From Octopus sinensis (Eukaryota), in contig NC_042999.1 in assembly GCF_006345805.1 (NCBI RefSeq), positions 89,342,001-89,406,000 on the forward strand: a stretch of DNA of 64,000 nucleotides, given 5' to 3'. How positions within the stretch are numbered: position 1 is the stretch's first letter; each line of letters starts with the position of its first letter. The position numbers and the translations under genes are program-made. Of the stretch, positions 53,227 through 64,000 are shown one piece after another. Below the pieces are notes generated by a model. That model was given only the letters and a program-made list of their open reading frames with translations, ran no database searches and had not been told where the DNA came from.

Positions 53227-54765
53227 TACGTGTGTGTACACCAACAATGTACAACACTCAAAGTATCTTTTGCAACTTTGTCCCATTTTTGACAGAGTAT
53301 TTTCAGGATAATTTTAAAGGCTTGAAAATTATCAGTGCTGTCCTGCTTCTTATTATTAAGTGTTCTTCAAGGATTGCAACCGCTAATAGAGTTTTAGTAC
53401 TAGATGTGTTGATGTGGTATCATTTAAAAATCTGCCACGAATAGCTACTATTTTTCGATTGATCGACTTTTTTGATCTTCCCGTTTATACAGGGTTTTTT
53501 TTTTTTTTTTGGTGGGGGGTTCAGTATATTGAACTCATAACATTTAATTCTAAAACAGGATTCAATACTTTTATCTATAATGCAACAGCGCCATGTTATT
53601 AAAGAACAAAGAAATGAGAATGTAGAAAAATAGAAAATCAAACATTGTTTAATAGTATAAATGTTTAAAGACAGACAACCATTGAACAATGAAGTTGAAG
53701 TTAGACAAAATATATAAGATCATGTCAATAAATGATCGGTACTAGATGATAAGCCTATATTTTGTAATTTGACTATTTTTATACCGCTTCTATGAAGCTG
53801 CTTATTGTTCATTTTTATTTTGTGTGCATTTTAAATGGTATTTGTTGCATTCCTGGTTCAGCCATATCATCAGTGAAAATGAGTCCTACAGAGTTTTGAA
53901 TGAATGAAAAAATATGTGTTGCCCTTTAAGAGTCCATATCCTGGAATCAGTATTTGTGACGGTATTTGTGTAGTAGGTATGTCTTCCATAAGTCTATGAA
54001 GAAAAGAGCTGTGACTTTCTTTCTTGCTGCCGTAGGGTCCAAATTCACATATGCCTTGGCATGATATCAGTATACTTTAAAGTGTTTTTATTTGTCTGAG
54101 CTGATAGATTTGTTGACCAAACATGACTGTCAAAGTAGAACTGGGCTGCTGCTGCCGAATATCAGCCTGTTGGAAATGCTCCTAACGCCCTGAAATGAGT
54201 GTTAGATGAAATGAGATCGGATAAGACAAAGATTTTGTGCAAAGTCCCGATGTTCGTTGTCTTGCTTGGAGCTGTTTACTTCATTTATTATTGCTGAAAG
54301 CATTCCGCCATTGGTTCAATCACGTGGATAGCAAGCTCCATACTTGAACAATGGCACTAGGCGTAATGCAAGCATTGTTACACAGGATTAACAAACTTAA
54401 GTTTTTCTTAACATCTTAATCACAATTAAAAGATCTTTTTTCCGAATAAATATGTATCTAAGGTTATATATAAACAGCGGTGACAGTCTTGGTCTAACAT
54501 TTTAATAAAGGCTGCAATCCGGTGAAAACATAGCAGACCTAATACTGTTCAATGAGAGAAGGAAGAAAATTTTTAATTTTTACAGAGGTCAGCGGCCCAA
54601 TAAATGTGATTTTATGGCAGAACTTACAACACCCAGACTCTAGATTGTCAGTTGTATCTATTTTTATAGGTGCACTGGTTCAGGTAGCAATATATTTGCA
54701 TAACAGTCTGGAAATGCAAGATTTTCTCATAAAGAACAGAGCAAACTGACTTGCATCCTCTAGAT

Positions 54766-56963
54766 CAGTGGTTCTCAACCGGGGGCGAAAATCAAATATT
54801 GGGGGGCGATGAATACAGTCTTCAATTGGCGACTGTACTCACAACAAGCAATCCCGCATCCAGTGCATTATGACAACAAGGGCTCTTCGTAATAACTGCG
54901 GTCAAGACGTAAAACCAACACTTTTTCTTAATTTAAATACTGTAACTATGCCCCTCAATAAGTGCGGTATCTTCCAGGATTTAGTTCATCGATTTATAAT
55001 GACTCATTCATTACTGAATTTCTAACCCTTGTTATTATGACACTGGCCTCCAGATTGCGTGATTCATCGATGAGTACTTACAATATGGTTTTATCAAGAA
55101 CTCTACAGACCCAAAGCAGCCCTTCTGTATCATGTGTCATCAATCTTTGTCCAATGAAGCCATGAAGCCTTCTCGACTCTCTGACCACATGAGAAGAAAA
55201 CACCCCGAAAAATTCGGTAAGCCTATCAAATATTTTGAGGGATTGAAAACTGATTTTGAAAATCGGAATACTGTTAAATCGTTATTCAAGAAACAGACAA
55301 AAATTAATGACGCTGGACTGATTGCTTCCTACAAAATTTCAGAAATTACTGCAGAAACAGGTAGTGCACATTCGGTAGCTGAAAAGATTATTGTACCTGC
55401 AGTAGAAGCAGTAATATCAGAAATCCGTAAGAGAATTGATGAAATGTCAAGTCATATCGAAGACGTACTAATTCAAAGATTGAAAACAACGAATTTTTCT
55501 ATTCAAACTAACGAAAGCACAATTATTGACAATAAGGCTTTTTTAATGGGATATGTACAATATTTTGATAGAAACTACGCATTACAAGAAGATTTATTAT
55601 TTCTAAAACTGACTGACACAACGGGCACTTCTATATTTTCTGCAGTGAAAACATTTTTTGAAGAAAAATAAATTCCATATTATGAAAATTTAGTTTCACG
55701 TGCTACTGATAGTACAATATCTATGGTTGGGAGACATAAAAGATTTATCTCTCATTTAAAAAAGTTGTGCCCCCTCTCCAATTCTAGTTATACACTGTGA
55801 GCTACACAGGCATAAACTTGTGGCCAAAAATATAAGTCCTATTCTAAATCAGTCATTGAGCACTGTTATGAAAGCAATAAGCAAAAATCTAACAGTAAAT
55901 GTGACCGTCATTTTCGAAAATTTTGTGTCGATGCTGACGAACAATATATAAAACTTCTCTTGCATACCGATGTCCGTTGGCTATCCAAAGGCAACTGCTT
56001 GGAAATATTTCAAAACCTATTTAGTACACTAGTTGCATTCTTACGAACAGAAGGACACTCAGACTTAGCCGCCGAAATTCAAGCTCAAAAGAACATACAC
56101 TATCTTAGTAGGATTTTCCGTAAGCTGAACGAGGTCTCTCTTCTGCTGCAGAGAAAAATGATAACGCTGACAGACAGTAAACGGGTGATGAGAGTTTTTG
56201 TTGAAAAACTCGATCTTTTTCAAGTTAATTTAAAATTAAGACAGTTTTATAATATGCCCGAACTAGCGGAAATCGACTTACGTGAAAATGAGATTGGTAT
56301 TTATTGCGACCATCTGCCCGCCTTAAAAATGACTTAAGAAACCAGATTGCCGATTTATCTAACTTCACTATTTAGCCATGGAGGATGGCCCATTCGATTG
56401 TGATCCTCACAGTGCATGCGAAAATATCCAGGAAGAAATCATCGAGATGAAATGTAACGATGAATTTCAAATCAAGTTCAAAAAAAGCAAGATTGTTTGA
56501 ATTTTGGCAATCAGACACTGTAAAATCACTACAGCCAAATATGTGGTCACAAATGTCGAAAATCCTTTTGCGTTTACGACATCATATCTTATCGAAACTG
56601 GATTTAGTACTGTCAATCACATTTTGCGGAAGGAAAGAAACAGATTTGACATTATTTCACTTGAAGATATTCGTATCTTTTTGAGTAGCATTAAGCCTGA
56701 CATTGAAATTTTAGCGGAACACCACCAATATTAGGGCTCACACCAATTAGTCCTTTTCTAGATTCAAATTTAGAATAAGGTTTTATTTTAATTCTTTTTT
56801 TTTTCTTTTATATTTACATGTACAAACTTTTTTTTAGTTTTGATTAGCTGTAATTACGTTATATTTAATATTTGTTATCATTTTTTGGTGGGTGATTATC
56901 AATTAGCTTAGGTCAAGAATAGCATTTAGGGTGTGATGGCCGGGAAAAGGTTGAGAACTACTG
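54766..56963 (+). mobile_element. hAT DNA transposon, Buster/Charlie group, both ends present but decayed
   Basis: 15-bp TIRs cagtggttctcaacc / ggttgagaactactg with one mismatch. Perfect 8-bp TSD ctctagat at 54758-54765 and 56964-56971, with the central TA typical of Buster elements. Confidence 0.96.
55100..56745 (+). pseudogene. Disrupted Buster-type hAT transposase (ZBED5/ZBED8-like family)
   Basis: Motifs: CIMCHQSLSNEAMKPSRLSDHMRRKHP (BED-like finger), RRID-like RKRIDEM, FSIQTNEST, ATDSTISMVG, HCELHR, LHTDVRWLSKG and FTTSYLIETGFS. Multiple stops and frameshifts. Confidence 0.92.
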
Positions 56964-57702
56964 CTCTAGATCATAACGATTACCTGCACAATAGAGACGT
57001 CCGAAGGTTTTCTATTTGTCTTTCTTGGAATAAAGTAATGTACGCAAACTTACGTGTGCATGCATCGTGCACGCGCACGCTCAAACACACACATAAATAG
57101 TAACCACGCACAATCATGTACATGAGTGCAAATGCGGTCACACATGGACCGATATATGTGAAAACTTACATATAATATATTCTACAAACCTATATAAACG
57201 TATATATTCATATATTCCAGGAACTGTTTTAACTTAGACGGCAAAGCCTTGTCCCATTGCAGGTGGTCGGTTTGTATTCTGCGAAGAAGAACTTCAATAA
57301 AGCTGTGATTTCAACATTCGATGTACTTAATTGTCCTATAGACAAAATTCGTTCCAGAAATATTAAAACTTGCAAGATCCAGATTGAGTGTCGTATGGTA
57401 TCATTTAGTCAGCATCTGCTAAAAACAGCAACAAAAATACAAGTGAAGGCAACAACTCTTCGAAAAGTACTTCCTGGCGATTCTTTATACGATTCTGGAA
57501 CCAACGGAATAGCGCACCTCAACAAATACTAGGGAATGAAATACACAAAGATTCTACAAATATATGTTTCTCGTAGTCTTGAAGATGATGCTAACATTAG
57601 TGTTGCAAAATTTGACTTGTGCATAATAATTTCCATTATTGCCACTCTCTTTTTCCGAAAAGTTCAGCTTTTCAGGTTTACAGCATAGATATTTAATAAG
57701 CT

Positions 57703-58095
57703 GTGTGGAGGCGCAATGGCCCAGTGGTTAGGGCACCGGACACGCGGTCGTAGGATCGCGGTTTCGATTCCCAGACCGGACGTTGTGAGTGTTTATTGAG
57801 CGAAAACACCTAAAGCCTCACGAGGCTCCGGCAGGGATGGTAGTGATCCCTGCTGTACTCTTTCACCACAACTTTCTCTCACTCTTACTTCCTGTTTCTG
57901 TTGTACCTGTATTTCGAAGGGCCGGCCTTGTCACTCTCTTGTGTCACGCTGAATATCCCCGAGAACTACGTTAAGGGTACACGTGTCTGTGGAGTGCTCA
58001 GCCACTTACACGTTAATTTCACGAGCAGGCTGTTCCGTTGATTCGGATCAACCGGAACCCTCGTCGTCGTAACCGACGGAGTGCTTCCATCCATC
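57703..58095 (+). mobile_element. SINE group C, long-tail variant
   Basis: Head nearly identical to 26083-26250, with a different 3' region ending ccgacggagtgcttccatccatcc. Confidence 0.88.
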
Positions 58096-58483
58096 CATTT
58101 AATAAGCTGTATAAATTTTATTGGTATAAAAGTAAATTTATAATCTAGGAAGAGAAGCTGTAGGTTTCGAAGCTGTTTTAAGATATTCTCTTTTTCACTG
58201 ATTATTCTTACTACATTAAATGTTGACATCTGCAAGGCAAATCTTATACTTAATAACTTTTTTTCTGTTTCAAATAAATAAATATATGGGGCTTGTTGTA
58301 TTTGCTTTTGACGGAAGGTGACAATGTTCCATAGATATGCTTTGCGCTGAAACGTATGTAATATACTCAGCAACATAAATATTTTCTTGATATATCTCAG
58401 TACAGTCTCTCACACGGCTGGCATTGTATATTGTGGTGTCATCAATAACATATCGCATTGGAATGTCAATATGTTAATGCATA

Positions 58484-59243
58484 AAGGCGGCGAGCTGGCA
58501 GAAGCGTTAGCACGCTGGGTGAAATACTTTGCGGTATTTCGTCTGCCGCTACGTTCTGAGTTCAAATTCCGCCGAGGTCGACTTTGTCTTTCATCCTTTC
58601 GGGGTCGATTCAATAAGTACCAAATACGCACTGGTTTCGATATAATCGACTTAATCCTTTTATCTGTCCTTGTTTGTCCCCTCTGTGTTTAGCCCTTTGT
58701 GGGTAGTAAAGAAATAGTTATTTCGTCTGTCGCATCGTTCTGAGTTCAAATTCCACCGAGGTCGACTTTGCCTTTCATCCTTTCAAGGTCGATAAATTAA
58801 GCACCAGTTGCATACTGAGGTCGATCTAATCGACTGGCCCCCACCCCAGAATTTCGGGCCTTGTGCCTAGAGTAGAAGAGAATATTCGTCAACGAGCTGG
58901 CAGAAACGTTAGCACGCCGGGCGAAACGCGTAGCTGTATTTGCCTTTCATCCTTTCGGGGTCGATAAATTAAGTACCAGTTACGTACTGAGGTTCGATGT
59001 AATCGGCTTAATCCCTTTGTCTGTCCTTCTTTGTCCCCTCTGTGTTTAGCCCCTTGTAGCTAGTAAAGAAATAGGTATTTCGTCTATCTTTACGTTATGA
59101 GTTCAAATTCTGCCGATGTCGACTTTGCCTTTTATCCTTTCGGAGTCGATAAATTAAGTACCAGTTGCGTACTGAGGTCGATCTAATCGACTGGCCCCCT
59201 CCCCAAAACCTTCGGGCCTTGTGCCTAGAGTAGAAAAGAATAT
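58484..59243 (+). mobile_element. Two tandem dimeric group A SINEs (58484-58885; ~58890-59243)
   Basis: Four core copies with two aaagaaatag|(g/t)tatttcgtc junctions. Confidence 0.9.
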
Positions 59244-59809
59244 ACACAGATTTAGATACCTACTAACACAATATGTGTTGAGGGATTAATAATTCGTCTC
59301 TACATCTACCTCTGTGTGTACATAAATGCACTTGCATATAAAAGGTCAATGAAACAGAGAGACAGTTTCTGTAGACGGTTATCATTGATTAAACTTCGTT
59401 TCAGTAAGTTACTAATAATTATTATTTCACCTCTACGAAGTTAAATCCAAGTTAACACCGGTAGGTTTTGAACGCAGATAGTACACTTCAGAAAACCAAG
59501 CACTGCAAGATAACTCGTTTCGCTTATCAAATTACATCGCTGAAAATAATATCTCACATTTTGCAAGATTAAAATCTGTAATAGGGCAGGAATCATGAAA
59601 GACATTTCATTGTTTGTTTTGACAAAAGTAAAGCCAATTTTACGCTTAAGTCTTTCATTCGTCTGGATTACATGAACTTGTCATTCTGTAATTGCAAATT
59701 TTTTCATCATATTTATTCTACAAATACATTCTAAAACACACACACACCCACATACACAATGGAATAAAATCTCATGGGCTTTGTTAAATCATTCTTAATA
59801 TCTATCTTC

Positions 59810-60010
59810 AGGCGTCGAGCTGGCAGAAGAATCCTTAGCATGCCGAGCAAAATGCTGAGTGGCATTTCATCCGTCCAGGGTTCAAATGCCACCGGAGTCG
59901 ACTCTTTTTTCCAGTCGAAGTTGATAAAATAAGCACTAGTTGAGCAATGAAGTCAACTAGTCGACTTAGCCCCTCTCCCGAAATTGTTGACCTTGTGCCA
60001 AAATTTTAAA
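59810..60010 (+). mobile_element. SINE group A, diverged copy
   Basis: aggcgtcgagctggcagaa...ggttcaaatgcc followed by core and tail. Confidence 0.78.
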
Positions 60011-60859
60011 TCTCTCTCTCTTTCTCTCTCTCTATGATGTGTGATGTGTGTGTGTACATATGTACGTACAGTGATATGGATGTTGAATATGGATAAGACA
60101 ATAAGTTACTGGGTTAAAAGTGTTAAAATTTGAAGTTTCTCCTAAATTTTAAGATCATTATGACTAAGTTAAAAAGAAATTCGCAAACGATAGAAATGCT
60201 TTTATATTTCATTCAAAGTTCTAGGGAAAATATTAGACTAAGTACAACTTTTATCAAGTGACCAATAATTCTTTAACGATGCTGGTATATCGCTGATAAA
60301 ATAGACCAAATATATGACTGAAACTTACTTGACACTAGAAAAATGAAAGGGACAATCCACCCAAGTGAAGGTGAACTCAAGTAGTAAGAGACTGGAATGT
60401 TAGTATGTTTTTGTGCTAACTAATCAAAATATTTCTTATCTTGGCGCTTGACGCAAGTTTATAGAAAAGATAAATGAGACCGAATCGTTTATGTGTGAAT
60501 GATGATATTTAATTTCTATTAATTGAAATCTAATTAGTATGTAAGTATAAATGTTCATTTAAAAATTGCTTAAGTATTTCTTAAGCATGAGCCGCGGGCG
60601 GTCATCAGCATTTTACAGTCTTTCTTTCAACTGCTTATGTTCTGTATGTTCTGCTTTTAAGTCCCATCGAGGTCAACTTTGCGTTTTATCCCTTCGGCGT
60701 CGATAAAATGCGATAACAGTCAAGTACTGGAAGTGATTATATCGACTAACCTACTTCCTGAAAAATTGCTTGCTTTATGCCTTAATTAGAAACATTTAAG
60801 TCTGGTGAGGTGTGAAGATATAAAAAAAAAGCAATAATATAGCTTCTCAGGAACAAATC

Positions 60860-61497
60860 ATTGAGACGAATTTGAAGACAAAGTTTGCTAAAATTCAATG
60901 AGAGAGCAAACGCAGAATCTGTGGAAAACGAACCGAAAGTATTAACCAAGTGAATGCAGTAAGCTAGCACAAAAGAGTGTAAGAGTAATTATCAGTAAAA
61001 GAGTGCATTGGGAAGTTAGCCGTGTGTGTAGCAGAAAAGTAATATGAACACGAGACAGAGGTTGTTGTGAAGACTAATAAATACAATTTAAGTAAGGCAA
61101 ATAGATATGACAGTAAAAGACAAAAGAAACAAACAGTATCAGATCATAGATTTTACAATACCATGTGATAATGGAGTGAATACCAAAGAACCTGAGAAAA
61201 TTGAGAAATAACAGAACATGACACAGCAGTGAAAATATTATGTATGCCTATAGTAACAGTTCCTCCTATGGTAATCTGTGCACTTTAGCACAACACCCAA
61301 AACTGCTACTTAAGAACATAAAGTATATTGGAACTGAGACTCGCAATGTCGATCTACAGAAGAGTGCAAACATCTATTTAGCAAGAATCGAAGAAAAATC
61401 TTAAAATTTGAGGTGACTTATCACAATACTGCACAACAACCCTGCTAACTAAAGTAGCAGATTATAGCTTTAATGGTAGTAGTAGTAGTAGTAGTTT
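60860..61497 (+). mobile_element. Decayed R4/Dong-like 3' remnant ending in (AGT)n
   Basis: Translated pieces: RICGKRTESI, YEHETEVV, DMTVKDKRNKQYQIIDFTIPCDNGVNTKEPEKIEKY and PMVICALS (REL-domain pattern). Confidence 0.7.
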
Positions 61498-62302
61498 CAA
61501 TAACAGTTAAAAATTTCAAATGTCAGTGAAGTCGAAGTGCTACAAATTTAGTAAACTATATGGAGAATTACGAATGCGTGAACTCATGCAGACCGCGATA
61601 TATGAATAAATATACAAATATACAACGATATAATTCAGTACAATATCAATTAAATTTTGGAAGTGTAAAGCCATTGTCACAAAATAATTTTTAATTTATG
61701 TGCTATTCTCATCTTGACAAAAATAATAGAAATATGTTGAACTTTAAGCAAGTATAGAATCATGTAGTGACATGGAAGCTTGTCGAACAAGTCTACATAA
61801 TCTGGAGTGTATGGGTTATAAATGTAGGATGTAGCAAGCGGTGATGCATTCCTGAATCTACATTTCAGTTGTATATACACAGAGTATACTCGCGTTAGAG
61901 AAGAACTGTGTCCTGAAAATTCAACATAATGCGGAGACACGTAATCTGAACTTGTACTTTAATGTTTTCAATCGGCAGTAAGTTTAAAAAATTGACTCAA
62001 AGGCTGAGAGTACCATTCAAAATACTCAATATCCGAAAGTTTATTTCCTGTATTGTATAAATTGCAATTCTTTCTGGAATGTTTAATCATAAAGCTTTAT
62101 ATTGAATTGCTGAGTGAAAATAGGAAATTTCAAATAACCTACCCGCTAAACAGAGAAGTGGATTGGTATAAAATGATATGGAAAGCTGAAATCTAGGATT
62201 TTAAGTCAGTTAAATTAATGCCACGCATGAAACTCGACCTTGAATAACGTTTGTAAATTTCTGTACGTTAAAAATAAATATAATTTATGTTATATATATA
62301 TA

Positions 62303-62625
62303 TGGCTCGGTGGTTAGGGCGTCGGGATCACAATCATGAGGTAGTGAATTCGATTCCCGGACCATATTGTGTGTTGTATTCTTGGGCACGACACTTTATT
62401 TCATTTTGCTCCAATTCACTCAGCTGTTGAAATGAGTTGCGACGTCACTGATGCCAAGCTGTATCGGACTTTGCCTTTCCCTTGGATAACATCAGTAGCG
62501 TGGAGAGGGGAAACTAGTATGCATGGGCGACTGCAGGTCATCCATAAACTACCTTGTCCGGATTTGTACCTCGGAGGGGAACCTTCATGGTACAATCCCA
62601 CGGTCATTCATGACCGAAGGGTGTT
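62303..62625 (+). mobile_element. SINE group C-related, third tail type
   Basis: tggctcggtggttaggg...ttcgattccc...ttcttgggcacgacactttatttca...gctccaattcactcagc is shared with 41513, but the 3' half differs. Confidence 0.78.
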
Positions 62626-63342
62626 TTTATTCTTACTTTTATATATATATATATATACATACACACACATAAACACACATATGCATAGATATGTAAGTAC
62701 GTATATTTTTATATAAATGAACAGAGTTAAAAATAGAGGAGGGAGAAAGGAGAGGCAAAGAGAGTGAGTGAAAGAAAGAAAGAGTAAAAAGACAGCTCTC
62801 TATGAATGAAACGTTTATTTTCAAAACAGTTGTTTGTTGGTTGTTTTTGAAGAAATATTGTACTTAGTAATTAGACAGATATTCAGCAAGTGTGTTGGAA
62901 ATTAGGAATTGTTACTCGAATAAGCGCGTCTACATGACGTGTTGTTCGAAGACGGTGTAAAATTCATCAGTTACCTGTCAGGTCGGCGCCTGGTAACCTA
63001 AACTTCTCTCGACAAATTAACCAACTGGTTAGGGGACCGTCAGCAAAGTTTTGTTATACCATACAGTACCATATCAATTACAAGATGCGAACCTGTAAAT
63101 CATGAACAAGATTCGACCATATTATCTATTTTGCCATCACAAAGTTCAAATGCAGCATTACTACCAAGTAGGAACACATACTAAAATAACACACACACAC
63201 ATCTGTGTCTGTGTGTGTGCAGGTTAGTTGCGAAACTGATATTGACTCCCTGGCCCGATAACTAATGAGGAGTCGGCGTCCATCTATGTCTGTTTCTCGT
63301 TTGTTTGTGCATTTCTTAGGCTTTTTAAACTTATTATATACA

Positions 63343-63377
<35 letters not shown>

Positions 63378-63614
63378 ATGTATGTATGTATGTATGTATG
63401 TATGTATGTATGTATGTATGTATGTATATATGTATAGAAGAAAAAGGAACAAGCGATTATCTTATGAAATTTATTTGCTTACAGCTGTTACAGGTGTTTC
63501 CGCTAGAAGTTGCAGTAGACTCATAGTTGAGTGCCTGAACAACACCTTATAGTTTCAACGGAGCCTCAAGCATGAAGTGATCGCAATGCCTAAGCGAAAT
63601 ATATATGTATATAT

Positions 63615-63777
63615 TGGCGCATGCCTGGCTGAGTGCCAAGAAGTTTGCTTCCCAACCACATGGTTCCGAGTTCAGTCCCACCGCATTCCACCTCGAGCAA
63701 GTTTCTTCTACTATAGCCTCTTCAGGCCGACCAAAGCCTTGTGAGTGGATTTGGTAAGCTAAAACTGTAAGACGCCT

Positions 63778-63816
<39 letters not shown>

Positions 63817-64000
63817 ATGCGCGTGTGTGTGTATTTGTTCCCAACCGCCGTTTGACAATTAGTGTCGGTTTGTTTACGTCTCCATAACTTAGCTGTTCGG
63901 CAAAAAGAACCGATAGAATAAGTACCAACCTTAAACAATAAGACTAACATTTCTTTAAGGTGTTGCCTCAACATCACAGCAGCCCAGTGATTGGAACAAG
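63615..64000 (+). mobile_element. SINE group B, reaching the window end
   Basis: Co-linear with the other group B copies, with internal (TG)n. Confidence 0.83.

Noticed and set aside
55132-56337. Host ZBED/SCAND3-like gene
   Set aside because: The frame is broken and enclosed by TIRs and a TSD, so it is a transposon copy rather than a domesticated gene.
58484-59243. CRISPR-like or retrozyme-like tandem array
   Set aside because: The units are SINE modules with no unique spacers and no cas genes. I found no CUGANGA...GAAA hammerhead core on either strand of the unit.

Overview
This is AT-rich eukaryotic non-coding DNA, most likely an intron or intergenic region. The SINE families and microsatellite density suggest a coleoid cephalopod, probably Octopus (inference from recall, not a database match). 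I recognise no intact host protein-coding gene, and most listed ORFs are translations of simple repeats. The window is a layered archive of transposable elements. The main ones are a near-full-length, visibly GC-richer RTE-clade LINE (36875-40811, 10-bp TSD, few disabling mutations), a complete but decayed Buster-type hAT transposon (54766-56963, TIRs and perfect 8-bp TSD), and a probable non-autonomous Helitron (6797-10577) swollen by microsatellites and nested insertions. Also present are R4/Dong-like, CR1/L2-like, Penelope-like and Tc1/mariner remnants, and about 35 copies of three tRNA-derived SINE groups. The leads most worth testing are an HDV-ribozyme-like arrangement at the RTE 5' end, a perfect 29-bp hairpin (28130-28198), a ~190-bp-arm inverted repeat (2534-3018), fixed-junction SINE multimers, and recurrent head-to-head SINE pairs. 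I cannot demonstrate a wholly new biological system from sequence alone. Boundaries of decayed elements are approximate.
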